Below the pieces are notes generated by a model. The model was given only the letters and a program-made list of their open reading frames with translations. It had not been told where the DNA came from and made no database searches. The translations under genes were made by a program, and so were the position numbers. Below are positions 28,834 through 39,082 of a stretch of DNA of 64,000 bases, piece after piece. Position 1 is the first letter of the stretch. The number at the start of each line of letters is the position of its first letter. Source of the DNA: Candidatus Uhrbacteria bacterium (GTDB lineage: Bacteria; Patescibacteriota; Patescibacteriia; UBA9934; GWF2-40-263); contig JAPLZK010000003.1 in the NCBI GenBank assembly GCA_026395055.1, positions 278,379 through 342,378 of the forward strand. The letters are read 5' to 3'.

Positions 28834-29568
28834 TTACGCGGATTGTATTCGGCTCGGCTCCACAGTCATTGTGTTTCGATCCACACGCACCAACGCGCGG
28901 AACTCAGCAGTCTCGAGGATGTGTGTACCGAGCAACATTTCAAATGTACGTGTGCGAATCCCGTACTCATCCGCTTTCGCGATCCAGACGTCATCCACCG
29001 TACGCAACATGGGATAAACCACTGGATCATCAAGCAGCATCGCGAGAAACCGCTCCATCCAAAGAATGATCGAAATCGTTGTGTCTTCTTTGAACATCTC
29101 AGAAACGATGTGCTTCATGGTGAGATGATCATACAACGACTTTGGTACACCTGTTCTGAACAACTGTCTGCCAGACAACGTCAACGCAAACGCCGGAGTG
29201 TCTTCAAGCAACTGACAAAGTGTCGCCTCGATTTTGAGATCGATGACGTCTGGATGATCAATGATACTGTGAGGTTTGGGTTCGGATGGAATAGACGTGG
29301 TCATGTTGGCCTTCGTGTCTTCGTAGTGTTTTCTATGAGCTGCGGCAACCAATGCCGCATACCGTTTTCCCTCAACAATACAAACCGCAATTTCTTCATG
29401 CCCATGAAAATCACAATCATGATCATGGAGCAGATGCTCTGCGGCTTCGACGAGTCTTTCAAGAACTCTTTCGTGAGTCCATGATTGATCAAGACCAAGA
29501 AGGTCGATCATCGCTGCATTGCGTTTTGATCGTTCGCTTTCCAACAAATCCTGATCTTGTCTTGTCAT
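28834..29568 (-). CDS. Hypothetical protein with His/Cys cluster (HLLHDHDCDFHGHE)
   Basis: GGAGG SD, TTGTCG-17-TAGTCT promoter, terminator. Confidence 0.65.
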   Translation of the reverse strand: MTRQDQDLLESERSKRNAAMIDLLGLDQSWTHERVLERLVEAAEHLLHDHDCDFHGHEEIAVCIVEGKRYAALVAAAHRKHYEDTKANMTTSIPSEPKPHSIIDHPDVIDLKIEATLCQLLEDTPAFALTLSGRQLFRTGVPKSLYDHLTMKHIVSEMFKEDTTISIILWMERFLAMLLDDPVVYPMLRTVDDVWIAKADEYGIRTRTFEMLLGTHILETAEFRALVRVDRNTMTVEPSRIQSA

Positions 29569-29660
29569 TTTGTTTCTCCTCCAACGGATAGACTACACAA
29601 AACCCACACCTTCGACAAGCCAAAAAACAAAAACATCGAACCGAAGTTCGATGTTTTTGT

Positions 29661-29735
29661 TGGTGCGCCGGGCGGGGATCGGACCCGCGACCTTGGGCTT
29701 AAAAGGCCCCTGCTCTACCACTGAGCTACCAGCGC
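29661..29735 (-). tRNA. tRNA-Lys(TTT), variant T-loop TCCGATC
   Basis: GCGCTGG/CCGGCGC acceptor, CTTTTAA loop, CCA, terminator downstream. Confidence 0.92.
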
Positions 29736-29790
29736 ATAAACTTCTCTAACGAGCGAAAATATATCAAATTCATTACAAAATGGCAAGGGT

Positions 29791-30840
29791 TTATTTTACC
29801 CCCAGCATCTTTACGATCTTTTCCGCACAATTTGTCTCAAGTGTTATCGATAACCTCTGTCCAAGCGCAAGGCGTTTCATGGGGTCATTCAAGAGTCGCT
29901 TGATCTGATTCAGGACCTCCTGAGAAGAACTTGAGGATTGATCCAGCACAACACTCGCCTCATGAATAACATGTGCGTTATCTTCTTGTGGCGAGTTTGG
30001 TAACGGAATAATGATTGCCGCTTTCTTGAGCGCAGCCAATTCCGAGATCGCACCCGCACCTGCTCGAGAAACCACGAGATCCGCAACAGCGTACGCATCT
30101 GGCATTTCGTCCACCATAGACTCGATAACGAAATATCCTTTCTTCGAGATCGCGCCGTTCAGTTTTCCTTTTCCAGTTACATGAATCACATTTGCGATCT
30201 GCAGCAACTCCTCGAGTATCTCAAGCACCATCTCGTTGATCCATTGTGATCCCGTTCCACCACCAAAGATGAATATGGTTGGTTTCTTTGCATCACATCC
30301 AAACATAATCTCCGCGCGCGCTTTGACACCTTGTCGAACAGACGCACGAACGGGATTTCCCACAACAACCGTTTTTGATTTTGGAAACGCACGTTGTGTT
30401 TTCTCCCACGCAACCGTAATAACCGATGCGAACGGCGCAAGCAAGCGATTCGTCATGATGGATCGAACATCCGACTGGTGAATCCAAGAAGGAATTCCCA
30501 TCATGCGCCCCATAATCACAATCGGTACACTTGTGTATCCACACGCTGCGGCAATCAAATCAGGCTTCTCTTTCGAGAGGATGAGATACGACTGTGCACA
30601 CGCAAACAAAAATCGAAATGGTGTGCCCAACCATTCCATGGAAATATGTCGAACAAAACGCGCGGCAATAATAGATTGAAAACGGATTCCCTCTTTCTCA
30701 ACAAACACGCGCTCTGGACCTCGACGCGTCCCAACCCAAAAAAACTCGACAGATGCATCCTGTTTCTTCCAAGCTTCTGCGACCGCGAGCAGTGGCGTGA
30801 CGGGACCAAGAGTACCGCCACCCGTGAATAGTATTTTCAT
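29791..30840 (-). CDS. murG: Undecaprenyl-PP-MurNAc-pentapeptide GlcNAc transferase MurG
   Basis: TGGGTLG, GNPVR, GGGTGS, VSRAGAG, Q..NA. Confidence 0.93.
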   Translation of the reverse strand: MKILFTGGGTLGPVTPLLAVAEAWKKQDASVEFFWVGTRRGPERVFVEKEGIRFQSIIAARFVRHISMEWLGTPFRFLFACAQSYLILSKEKPDLIAAACGYTSVPIVIMGRMMGIPSWIHQSDVRSIMTNRLLAPFASVITVAWEKTQRAFPKSKTVVVGNPVRASVRQGVKARAEIMFGCDAKKPTIFIFGGGTGSQWINEMVLEILEELLQIANVIHVTGKGKLNGAISKKGYFVIESMVDEMPDAYAVADLVVSRAGAGAISELAALKKAAIIIPLPNSPQEDNAHVIHEASVVLDQSSSSSQEVLNQIKRLLNDPMKRLALGQRLSITLETNCAEKIVKMLGVK

Positions 30841-30841
30841 A

Positions 30842-31951
30842 TTATTTTGTGTGCTTCGAAATATTCAGCACCACACCCACTGCACACATTAACATCGCGA
30901 GCGATGTTCCTCCGTAACTAATAAATGGTAAGGGAACTCCTGTGATCGGCATGAGCGCTACCATAGAACCGATATTTTCAAACGCTTGTACCACAATCCA
31001 GGCCGCGACTCCAACCACAATATATTTTGAAAATTTATCGGGAGCGCGTTTTGCAATTTCAATGAGTCGCCAAAGGAGAAGTAAGAACATCCCCACCACA
31101 AGGACAGCAACCACAAATCCCATCTCTTCCCCGATGACTGCAAAGATCGAATCACCCGCAACTTCGGGGAGATATTGAAACTTCTGTCGCGAATGCCCAT
31201 ACCCAAACCCAAAGATTCCACCAGAACCAAGCGCAAGCAATGCTTGATTGATGTGGTATCCAATTCCTTTTGGATCAAGTTCCGGATGCAAGAATGTTGT
31301 GAATCGAGCTGCACGATACGGAGTAATGGCAATCAAAAGCGATATTCCCGCAAGCCCCGCAGCCATAAGTCCTCCAATATAAGCAACAGGCGCACCTGCC
31401 ACAAAATAAACCATGAGGGACATTGCAGCAAGAATCGTCATGCTTCCCGTGTCCGGCTGAAGAATCATGAGAATCGCAATGATTCCAAGAACGGAAAGAA
31501 ATGGAATGAGTCCTGTGTTTACATCACGAACTCCACGCTCGTCTCGTGTACTCAACCATCCTGCGAGGTAAAACAAAAAGGTGAGCTTTGCGATTTCGGA
31601 AGGTTGAATAGAAAAAAATCCACCAATCGTTACCCAACTATGCGATGTTCCAAATCCTGCCGAGAATCCCGGAATAAATACAAGGAGCAAAAGCCCAATC
31701 GACACAAGTAACAAATTCCACGCATGCTGTTTCCAAAACGTATAAGGAATACGTGAAAACGCAATGAGCCCCGCGATCCCCGGAATCAATCCGAAAATAA
31801 TTTGGTGCTTCAAAAAATAATAACTATCGCCAAATTGCTTATAAGCATTTGGAGACGAAGCGGAAAGCAAAACAATAAGCCCAAACAAAATCATGACGGA
31901 AACAATTCCGATCAATCCATAATCCATTGTTCCGCGTTCACGTCCTTCCAT
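30842..31951 (-). CDS. ftsW: SEDS protein FtsW
   Basis: QPSEIAK, QPDTG, GYHINQ, GSGG, LPE, GEEMG, ITGVPLPFISYGG. Confidence 0.93.
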   Translation of the reverse strand: MEGRERGTMDYGLIGIVSVMILFGLIVLLSASSPNAYKQFGDSYYFLKHQIIFGLIPGIAGLIAFSRIPYTFWKQHAWNLLLVSIGLLLLVFIPGFSAGFGTSHSWVTIGGFFSIQPSEIAKLTFLFYLAGWLSTRDERGVRDVNTGLIPFLSVLGIIAILMILQPDTGSMTILAAMSLMVYFVAGAPVAYIGGLMAAGLAGISLLIAITPYRAARFTTFLHPELDPKGIGYHINQALLALGSGGIFGFGYGHSRQKFQYLPEVAGDSIFAVIGEEMGFVVAVLVVGMFLLLLWRLIEIAKRAPDKFSKYIVVGVAAWIVVQAFENIGSMVALMPITGVPLPFISYGGTSLAMLMCAVGVVLNISKHTK

Positions 31952-31955
31952 AACA

Positions 31956-33011
31956 TTACAAAAGAGCATCAAGTAAAATGAGTGCAACGCCCAGTGCAGC
32001 AGCAACCATAGAAACAACCCAAAGTCGCATCACGATTTGTGGTTCCGGCCAATCGATCGCTTCTAGATGATGATGAAAAGGCGAGGACCGAAATAATTTG
32101 CGTTTGAATACTTTTTTCCAAAACAATTGAATGATGACAGAAAGAGACTCAAGAACAAAGATAAGACCAACGACAGGCAAAATGAATGCCGTGTTTGTGA
32201 GCATGGCAACAATTCCAAGCGTGACCCCAAGAGACATCGCTCCTGTGTCACCCATAAAAAATGCCGCTGGGTGAATGTTAAACCAAAGAAACGCAAGAAG
32301 AGCCCCAAGGATAACTCCGCAAAAAACCGCAAGGTCGTATCTTCCCTGAGAGAACGAAATGATTGTGTAAGCCGCAAACGATGTCATGAGCGTTCCTCCC
32401 GCAAGACCATCAAGGCCATCTGTTTCATTGACCGAAAACGCTGTCGCCACAATCACGAGAATAAAAAATGGAACGTACCACATGCCGATGTGAAAATCGC
32501 CGATGAATGGGACGTGCAAAAAATCCCAATCAAGCTTCATGCGAAACCACCACGCTCCAACAGTAGCAATCACTGTATAAATCAAAATTCTGTGTCGCAT
32601 GCGAAGTCCTCCGCCTTTTGGACCAATTCCCTTCACGTTGAAATAATCATCAATAAGTCCAACAAGGGCGGACGCAACAAGGGCACCAAGGGGGAGCAAC
32701 GTTTCTGATCGAGAGAGAAAGTTTAAATGACCAAGCAAAGAATCTGGGCTTACATGCGGAGCAATAAGAGAAAAAAGGACGGCAAGAAACAAAACCGTTC
32801 CCCAAACAAGCAATCCCCCCATGGTTGGTGTTCCCTGTTTCTTTGCGTGTAACTTTGCGAAAATAGGAGCGTCTGCTGCTGCGCGAATGGATTTCCCCAT
32901 TTTCCATTGCTTTAGTTTATGCACAAGCAAAGGTGCCCAAGCAAAAGCAAACAAAAACGCCATCGAGCTCAAAAATAAAATGCGAACAAGTTCAAACGAT
33001 TTAAGCGGCAT
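31956..33011 (-). CDS. mraY: Phospho-N-acetylmuramoyl-pentapeptide transferase
   Basis: KQGTPTMGG, GLIDD, NETDGLDGL, FMGDTG, PFHHHLE. Confidence 0.96.
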   Translation of the reverse strand: MPLKSFELVRILFLSSMAFLFAFAWAPLLVHKLKQWKMGKSIRAAADAPIFAKLHAKKQGTPTMGGLLVWGTVLFLAVLFSLIAPHVSPDSLLGHLNFLSRSETLLPLGALVASALVGLIDDYFNVKGIGPKGGGLRMRHRILIYTVIATVGAWWFRMKLDWDFLHVPFIGDFHIGMWYVPFFILVIVATAFSVNETDGLDGLAGGTLMTSFAAYTIISFSQGRYDLAVFCGVILGALLAFLWFNIHPAAFFMGDTGAMSLGVTLGIVAMLTNTAFILPVVGLIFVLESLSVIIQLFWKKVFKRKLFRSSPFHHHLEAIDWPEPQIVMRLWVVSMVAAALGVALILLDALL

Positions 33012-33402
33012 AGGATAAATTGAGAAGAACGATGAGTGCCATCGCAGACAATAAAATAAATTCAATCAAAACAGATGCAACCGCAACCATGGTTGCCAGA
33101 AGTTTTTCTTTTCGAAACGCAATCGTCTGTAAAATTAGGTGGAACAAAAACAATCCGAGCCCGAGTGTGGGGACCGCAAAAATTTGGTACCAAGAACCCA
33201 GCTGATCTACACCAAGATAAATATTATAGTGAAGCGGAATATACGGACGAGACGAGGCAAGAGGCATGATGCGCCAAACAGGCAACGCTACATCGAGCGA
33301 CAAAAAAAGGAGCGATAACACAAAACACCATGCTCCAATTTTTGTACGAAGCCACGCAAGCATGTCTGAGAAAAAAAACTGAACGCGTTTTGAAAATTTC
33401 AT
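33001..33402 (-). CDS. Membrane protein (IPLHYNIYLGVD motif)
   Basis: 3 TM; DUF1648-like loop. Confidence 0.65.
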   Translation of the reverse strand: MKFSKRVQFFFSDMLAWLRTKIGAWCFVLSLLFLSLDVALPVWRIMPLASSRPYIPLHYNIYLGVDQLGSWYQIFAVPTLGLGLFLFHLILQTIAFRKEKLLATMVAVASVLIEFILLSAMALIVLLNLSYAA

Positions 33403-33405
33403 GTA

Positions 33406-33642
33406 CTAGACAGAGATAACTTCTGTGATTGAAGGAATAGCATCTTTCAGTGCAACTTCTACACCCATTTTTAAGGTGATTTGAGACATGGGGCAACCAA
33501 CGCATGCCCCCTGCATTTTTACGCGTACGATTCCGGTCTCTGGGTCAAATGATTCAAGTTCAATTCCCCCGCCGTCCATACGGAGTGCGGGACGAATCAT
33601 GGTTAAAACTTCTTCAATTTTGGTACGCATTTCAGGATTCAT
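33406..33642 (-). CDS. NifU C-terminal domain protein
   Basis: IRPALRMDGGGIEL, GACVGCPMS. Confidence 0.92.
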   Translation of the reverse strand: MNPEMRTKIEEVLTMIRPALRMDGGGIELESFDPETGIVRVKMQGACVGCPMSQITLKMGVEVALKDAIPSITEVISV

Positions 33643-33681
33643 AATGATATCAGTATATAACAAAATAACGTGCATTGCACG

Positions 33682-33963
33682 TTATCGTTTGTCTTGGATG
33701 CTTGCGAAACGACGTGTAGCAAGGACTCCGTGGAAATTCTTCATTTTCTTATGAGTAAATTTCACGAAACCATCAATAGCTGCGTACAAGGTGTCATCTT
33801 TTCCTTTTTTGACATTCAATCCTGGGTGAATTTTTGTTCCGCGTTGGCGAACAAGAATTTGTCCCGCTTTGATAATTTGTCCATCAGAGATCTTTACCCC
33901 AAGTCGTTTGGCAGCGGAATCGCGGCCCAGCGTGGTAGAACCTCCGGCTTTCTTATGTGCCAT
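33682..33963 (-). CDS. rpmA: 50S ribosomal protein L27
   Basis: [25 protein letters not shown]. Confidence 0.98.
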   Translation of the reverse strand: MAHKKAGGSTTLGRDSAAKRLGVKISDGQIIKAGQILVRQRGTKIHPGLNVKKGKDDTLYAAIDGFVKFTHKKMKNFHGVLATRRFASIQDKR

Positions 33964-34119
33964 AGAGAATATTAAATAGTTGATTCGTCCGAAAGTATAA
34001 AGAAAAAGGCGATTTCCGTCAAGTAGTTTCCGTGTCTTATCCCCATTTCAAGGATTTTGCTCATTTCAAGCTTTTTCCAACGAAAAAGCCAGGTTCCTGT
34101 GAAGGAAACCTGGCCGAGA

Positions 34120-34680
34120 CTAGAGACGCCCGCAGAGCTCAGATGACAATCCTCTGCGAATGCATTCGTCGTACATCTGTTGGGGAGACCGCTCAGACCT
34201 GTGGCGAGACGGCGAAGACGACGGAGTCATTGCCGGAGCTACAGGTGCCGAAGCCGGGGTTGGAGTCACTACCGGAGCAGATGCCGCGGCAGCCGGAGTT
34301 GAGGCTGCAGGCAACGAAGTCGGCAGCGATGGGGTGAAGGACGCAGGTCCTGCGGTGAAGAACGGCCAGCAGAATAGGAGGATGAAACCAATCGACGTTC
34401 CAACGATTCCCGCTGAAACACGCCAATCCGCACCCCACCTATCATGCGCCCAATTCCCAGCAATCACGACACCAATCGAAGCAATGACTGCAACGAGCGG
34501 ATCGAAATCGGGCAAGCCCCACTGGCCACGGAGCGGCCGATTCCAGAGCGCAAACAGGAAGAATGCGGCAAAGAAATACACGGCTGCCTTATAGCCAAAT
34601 CCCCATCCCTGGCGATAAGTCCATCGACAGATCCGAAACACGAACACGGTCGTGAAGGCAATCTCGAGAAGTGAAACCAC
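34120..34680 (-). CDS. Membrane protein with Pro/Ala/Ser linker and C-terminal two-Cys tip
   Basis: AGGAGG SD; 4 hydrophobic segments; terminator after stop. Confidence 0.65.
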   Translation of the reverse strand: MVSLLEIAFTTVFVFRICRWTYRQGWGFGYKAAVYFFAAFFLFALWNRPLRGQWGLPDFDPLVAVIASIGVVIAGNWAHDRWGADWRVSAGIVGTSIGFILLFCWPFFTAGPASFTPSLPTSLPAASTPAAAASAPVVTPTPASAPVAPAMTPSSSPSRHRSERSPQQMYDECIRRGLSSELCGRL

Positions 34681-34707
34681 AGAAACCTCCTGTCGCTCTG
34701 CGACGGG

Positions 34708-35166
34708 TTAGAGGAGTTGATGAAGGCCGTACAGACCCGCACCCAAAACCAGTTGCTGAGCAATGAGGATCGGAACCGTCCGATTCATCGCAAGGGAAAT
34801 TCCACGAAGACTCATGAGAGCCAAATGCACCATGAGGACTGCAACGATCACATCCTGAAAGGGTGGTGGTGTTCTGTTCGAGACCACATCCAGATTGGAT
34901 ACAACGACACAGACCCACATGATATTTCCCGTAATCGCCGTGCATACCGGATCTGGACCGTTGGTTGTAAGCCAGGTCATGATCCGAGCGAGCGTCACAA
35001 TCGAGATGCCGTACCCAACGATGTGTCGAAAGTCGGCGCCGGCATGGGATTTCCATACGGCGACAACAGACACAAAGGTAAGGAGGGTCATGAAGACCGT
35101 ACCTTTCAGGAAAGCAGAAACAGAAACCACTTCTCTGGAAGGAACATCCTTCGCATTTGTCTCCAT
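34708..35166 (-). CDS. Multi-TM hypothetical membrane protein
   Basis: GGGAGGT SD; TTGACA-17-TATATT promoter at 35238. Confidence 0.65.
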   Translation of the reverse strand: METNAKDVPSREVVSVSAFLKGTVFMTLLTFVSVVAVWKSHAGADFRHIVGYGISIVTLARIMTWLTTNGPDPVCTAITGNIMWVCVVVSNLDVVSNRTPPPFQDVIVAVLMVHLALMSLRGISLAMNRTVPILIAQQLVLGAGLYGLHQLL

Positions 35167-35257
35167 CACACACCTCCCGGATTCAGAAAAATCCTGTTTG
35201 AGACAGAGCAATATACCATAAAATGGGCATTTTGTCAATGAGTTCGCTTCGCTCACG

Positions 35258-35295
35258 ACCACCCCCTACCCCCTCCTTTTTTAAGGAGGGGGTTC
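35258..35295. repeat. G/C palindromic repeat, intergenic copy
   Basis: ACCACCCCCTACCCCCTCCTT-TTTT-AAGGAGGGGGT. Confidence 0.7.
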
Positions 35296-35333
35296 TTGGT
35301 TACAAAAAAATCGCCTTTTTGGGGCGATTGAGT

Positions 35334-36578
35334 TTATTTCTCCATGATGTCATCAATGTAGGCAAGGAACTTGCGACAAATACCCCGATAATGTGGCGTC
35401 GATGCTTCAGGGGGCACGAGGCCGTACAGATAGTTCCAAAGAACTTTGTTCTCACCCGTCATAAACACGACACGCATGATGCGTCCGTACATTTCATTTG
35501 CCGCGGGAACAACCTCTTCATCGAGCGTGTTCAGCATCTTCTCGAGATTACCAGCCATGACGCGATTCATGATGTACGTCGGCGACAACTTCTTTTGGAC
35601 CATGAGGCCAATGTACGTTTCGTATTTCACCTTCACGCGTGTTCCGTCGAATAGTCGGATGACCCAACCCTCTTCGTTCACCACATCCCGATTCTTCATG
35701 GACGCGACAAGTACGTTCAAATTGTCACTTCCATTTGCATGTGCCGGACACAGATACACATCCGCACCCATTTTCATCTGCAAACGACTCGCATGAATCG
35801 GAAGCCACGCACGATTATCAAGCTGACTTCCTCCCACATAATCTGCGATCATCGACGCATCAACGAGCGTTTCTCGGTTGTACGCACCAAGCAAAACGAA
35901 TCCACTCTTTGCCCCATAGTTCACATGAACCTTTGTCGAAGGATCAACGAGCTCTACGAGTGTGGTGAAATTCGGATCGAAATTCTTTTTCCAATCGAAC
36001 TCACGTTCGCACTGACGCAACAACTTGGTTCCAAGCTTCGCACTTGGACTTCCGAACGTTCCACGTGTCGTGAAATGCAATTTGCCGTGATACTCAAAGA
36101 TGATGCCAAGGTGACCATCCATCTTCCGCGTCGCATACCAGCCACTGTAACTGTCGTCTCGATACGTCTTCAGTTTCTCGATCAGTGTGTCAATCACCGT
36201 CTCCGGATGCTCGTTCAAGTTAAAGAACTTTGGAAACGGATGTGCGATGAGTTTTCCTGTTCCCATTTCGAACACGATCCCGCGACACATGCGTAGCGCG
36301 TTCGTCCACCCTTCTGGATGTGCATGCAACGTGTTGTGCGCGGTGGGCGTGTAGTTGAACATGACAAGCGGAAGTTCCGGATGAAAGTCTGCGGCAAAGA
36401 GCGAATAGATCGATGGCATGCCTGGTGCGATCGGATAATTGAATGCATGAACGAGAAATAGATGTTCCGTTTTTGCCCATTCACGAAATTTTTCGCGTGA
36501 ATCAATTCCCGCAAGACCCATCCGATGTACAACCGCAGCCAAAGCTATGATCCCTTCGCGACGCTTTTCCAAATACAT
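35334..36578 (-). CDS. T4 Rnl1-like RNA ligase
   Basis: CRGIVF, PFPKFFNLNE, RKMDGHL (motif I), TTRG, EEGWV, RVKVK; GGGAGGT SD and TTGACG-17-TACATT promoter. Confidence 0.88.
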   Translation of the reverse strand: MYLEKRREGIIALAAVVHRMGLAGIDSREKFREWAKTEHLFLVHAFNYPIAPGMPSIYSLFAADFHPELPLVMFNYTPTAHNTLHAHPEGWTNALRMCRGIVFEMGTGKLIAHPFPKFFNLNEHPETVIDTLIEKLKTYRDDSYSGWYATRKMDGHLGIIFEYHGKLHFTTRGTFGSPSAKLGTKLLRQCEREFDWKKNFDPNFTTLVELVDPSTKVHVNYGAKSGFVLLGAYNRETLVDASMIADYVGGSQLDNRAWLPIHASRLQMKMGADVYLCPAHANGSDNLNVLVASMKNRDVVNEEGWVIRLFDGTRVKVKYETYIGLMVQKKLSPTYIMNRVMAGNLEKMLNTLDEEVVPAANEMYGRIMRVVFMTGENKVLWNYLYGLVPPEASTPHYRGICRKFLAYIDDIMEK

Positions 36579-36681
36579 GAAACACCTCCCTCGTCACAAA
36601 AGAACGAGGGGCGAATGTAGCAAAAAATAAACAGATCGTCAAGAGACTTCAACAAAAAAAAACAAAGGGATTAACCTTTGT

Positions 36682-37383
36682 TTACTTGGTCTTAAGGGTA
36701 TTGAGTGCCACTTCTTTTTTCAAACGTGCCACCAGACTCGATGGTCTTTTACGACACCCCTGTTCCAAAAGCGAAGCGGAATGGTGTGCGCGATGATAAT
36801 CCATACCATCTGACATCAGTCGGCGTTCGTGAACTTCGTGCAATAAGACAAACGGACGTTCTGATTGTTTCAAGTCGTCATCGATCCAGACTTCATTGGC
36901 TGGAACGAATGGGTATACGTAATCGTGACCTCCTTCTGTGTAGTCAATAAAACAGATGTCACGAACCAATTCTCCCCGCACAAGCCAAACCGTTAATCCA
37001 TTTGCGTATGTGGCTAATTTCTTTTTATATATTTTAGCGAGGGACTCTGGCGTAATCTTTTTTGAACGCAATCGTTTCATGACAACAGATTTCTTCCGCT
37101 CACTTCGTTCTGCGCGATCTGCATACGCAAGCGCTCGTGCATAAGACATTCCGCTTCGCATGAGTCGACGTTCTGTCAAAAGATGATGTGTAAAAAAAGC
37201 TTGCTCACCCGATACACACTCATGATCAATCCAAACCTCTCGCGAAGGAATGAATGGAAAACGCTCGTGCTGTCCGAAGTTTGTAAACTCCTCGTTCATG
37301 TGACCACGCACATATTCCCCATCCACTTCCCAGACGACAACATCTCCAATCGTATCCAACTTTTTTACATACGGCTTTTTCAT
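36682..37383 (-). CDS. Tandem-duplicated domain protein, putative metal-binding
   Basis: Two copies of VW.V.GE.VR...EVWID...ERRLM..GM.Y..A; second copy has HEVHE...H. Confidence 0.7.
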   Translation of the reverse strand: MKKPYVKKLDTIGDVVVWEVDGEYVRGHMNEEFTNFGQHERFPFIPSREVWIDHECVSGEQAFFTHHLLTERRLMRSGMSYARALAYADRAERSERKKSVVMKRLRSKKITPESLAKIYKKKLATYANGLTVWLVRGELVRDICFIDYTEGGHDYVYPFVPANEVWIDDDLKQSERPFVLLHEVHERRLMSDGMDYHRAHHSASLLEQGCRKRPSSLVARLKKEVALNTLKTK

Positions 37384-37388
37384 AGACG

Positions 37389-39029
37389 TTACGATTTCTT
37401 TCCACCTTTCTGCATCGCCGCTTTCACAAACGCTTTAAACAACGGATGTGGACTGAGCGGACGGGACTGAAACTCCGGATGGAATTGAACTCCCACAAAA
37501 AATGGATGGTTCTTCAACTCCACAATCTCAACGAGATCTTGTTCTGGATTCACACCTGAGATCACAAGTCCTGCTTTTTCGAGAGCGGCGCGATATTCAT
37601 TATTAAACTCATAACGATGACGATGACGTTCGTCAACAAGTGCGGCACCATAAGCGGATCGAGCTGTTGTGTTTGCTGAGAGTTTGCAGGGATACGATCC
37701 AAGACGAAGCGTTCCGCCGTATTTCATGTCTTTCATTTTTTCTTCTTGTCCTGCGAGCAAATGAATAACCGGATGTTTTGTTTTTGGATTAATCTCCGTC
37801 GTGTTTGCATCTTTCAACTTCAAAACATTTCGCGCGTACTCGATCACGGCACATTGCATCCCATAACAAAGTCCGAGGTAAGGAATTTTGTTTTCGCGAC
37901 AATACCGAATCGCCTTGATCTTTCCCTCGATCCCTCTTGAACCGAATCCGCCAGGAATCACAACTCCATCAAGTTCGCTTAGTTCTTTCAACTTCGCAGG
38001 TGATTTCTCGTACGCTTCGGAATTTAACCAAACCAACTTTGGTGTACGACCATTCGCCCACGAAGCATGCTTAATTGCCTCGATCACCGAGATGTACGCG
38101 TCCGAAAGTGTAAAGTCACCCGTCGAGAAGTATTTTCCGATCACACCAATTTTTACTTCCCCTTTTGTATTCGCAATCGAGGTGAGAAGTTTTTTCCACT
38201 TCACGACTTTCTTTTCTGGCAATTCTTTCATGCCAAACGATTTCAAAATCTTATCGCCAAAACCTTGTTTTTCAAAAACAATAGGAATTTCGTAAATAGA
38301 TTTTACGTCGGGAGAACCAATCACCTGATCTGCATGAACATTCGAGAACATCGCGAGTTTTGCCTTACGAGGCTCGTCAATCTGCAACGTTGAGCGTGCA
38401 ATCACAAAATCTGGGTACATTCCCGCAGCCATCATCGTTCTCACCGCTTGTTGCGTTGGCTTTGTCTTCATTTCTCCAAGTGAACCTGGAACCGGCATGT
38501 AACTTACAAGAATGTTTCGAACATGGTTCGGATACTTCATGCGCATGAGTCGAGCCGCCTCAAGAAACAAAATGTTCTCATACTCTCCAACCGTTCCGCC
38601 AATTTCAATCAAGGTAAAATCTGCATTTGCGCGTTCCGTTGCGTTCTCAATTCTCTCGATGACCTCGTTTGGAACATCAGGAACAACCTGAACCGTTCGG
38701 CCTCCGTAACCGAGATTACGCTCGCGTTGAATCACACTTTGATACACACGACCCGTTGTCATGTAATTGATCGAAAGAATGGACGTCTCAAGAAATCGCT
38801 CGTAGTTTCCAACGTCTTGATCTGTTTCGTCTCCGTCAACGGTCACAAAAACTTCTCCATGTTCAACAGGATTCATGGTTCCGGCATCCACGTTAATATA
38901 CGGATCGATTTTAATCGCCGTAACTTTATAACCTTTTTCTTGGAGCACGCGTCCAAGAGAAGCGGTTGCCGCACCTTTTCCAACACCGGACATGACACCA
39001 CCAACAACGAAAATGAATTTGTGAGGCAT
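37389..39029 (-). CDS. pyrG: CTP synthase
   Basis: GGVMSGVGKG, KIDPYIN, HGEVFV, EIGGTVG, GLCYGMQ, ERHRHRYE, QFHPE. Confidence 0.98.
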   Translation of the reverse strand: MPHKFIFVVGGVMSGVGKGAATASLGRVLQEKGYKVTAIKIDPYINVDAGTMNPVEHGEVFVTVDGDETDQDVGNYERFLETSILSINYMTTGRVYQSVIQRERNLGYGGRTVQVVPDVPNEVIERIENATERANADFTLIEIGGTVGEYENILFLEAARLMRMKYPNHVRNILVSYMPVPGSLGEMKTKPTQQAVRTMMAAGMYPDFVIARSTLQIDEPRKAKLAMFSNVHADQVIGSPDVKSIYEIPIVFEKQGFGDKILKSFGMKELPEKKVVKWKKLLTSIANTKGEVKIGVIGKYFSTGDFTLSDAYISVIEAIKHASWANGRTPKLVWLNSEAYEKSPAKLKELSELDGVVIPGGFGSRGIEGKIKAIRYCRENKIPYLGLCYGMQCAVIEYARNVLKLKDANTTEINPKTKHPVIHLLAGQEEKMKDMKYGGTLRLGSYPCKLSANTTARSAYGAALVDERHRHRYEFNNEYRAALEKAGLVISGVNPEQDLVEIVELKNHPFFVGVQFHPEFQSRPLSPHPLFKAFVKAAMQKGGKKS

Positions 39030-39082
39030 AGAAAAAAAGTAGAGAGTAGGTAGGTGAAAGGGAAAACAGAACCAGGGAGCGA

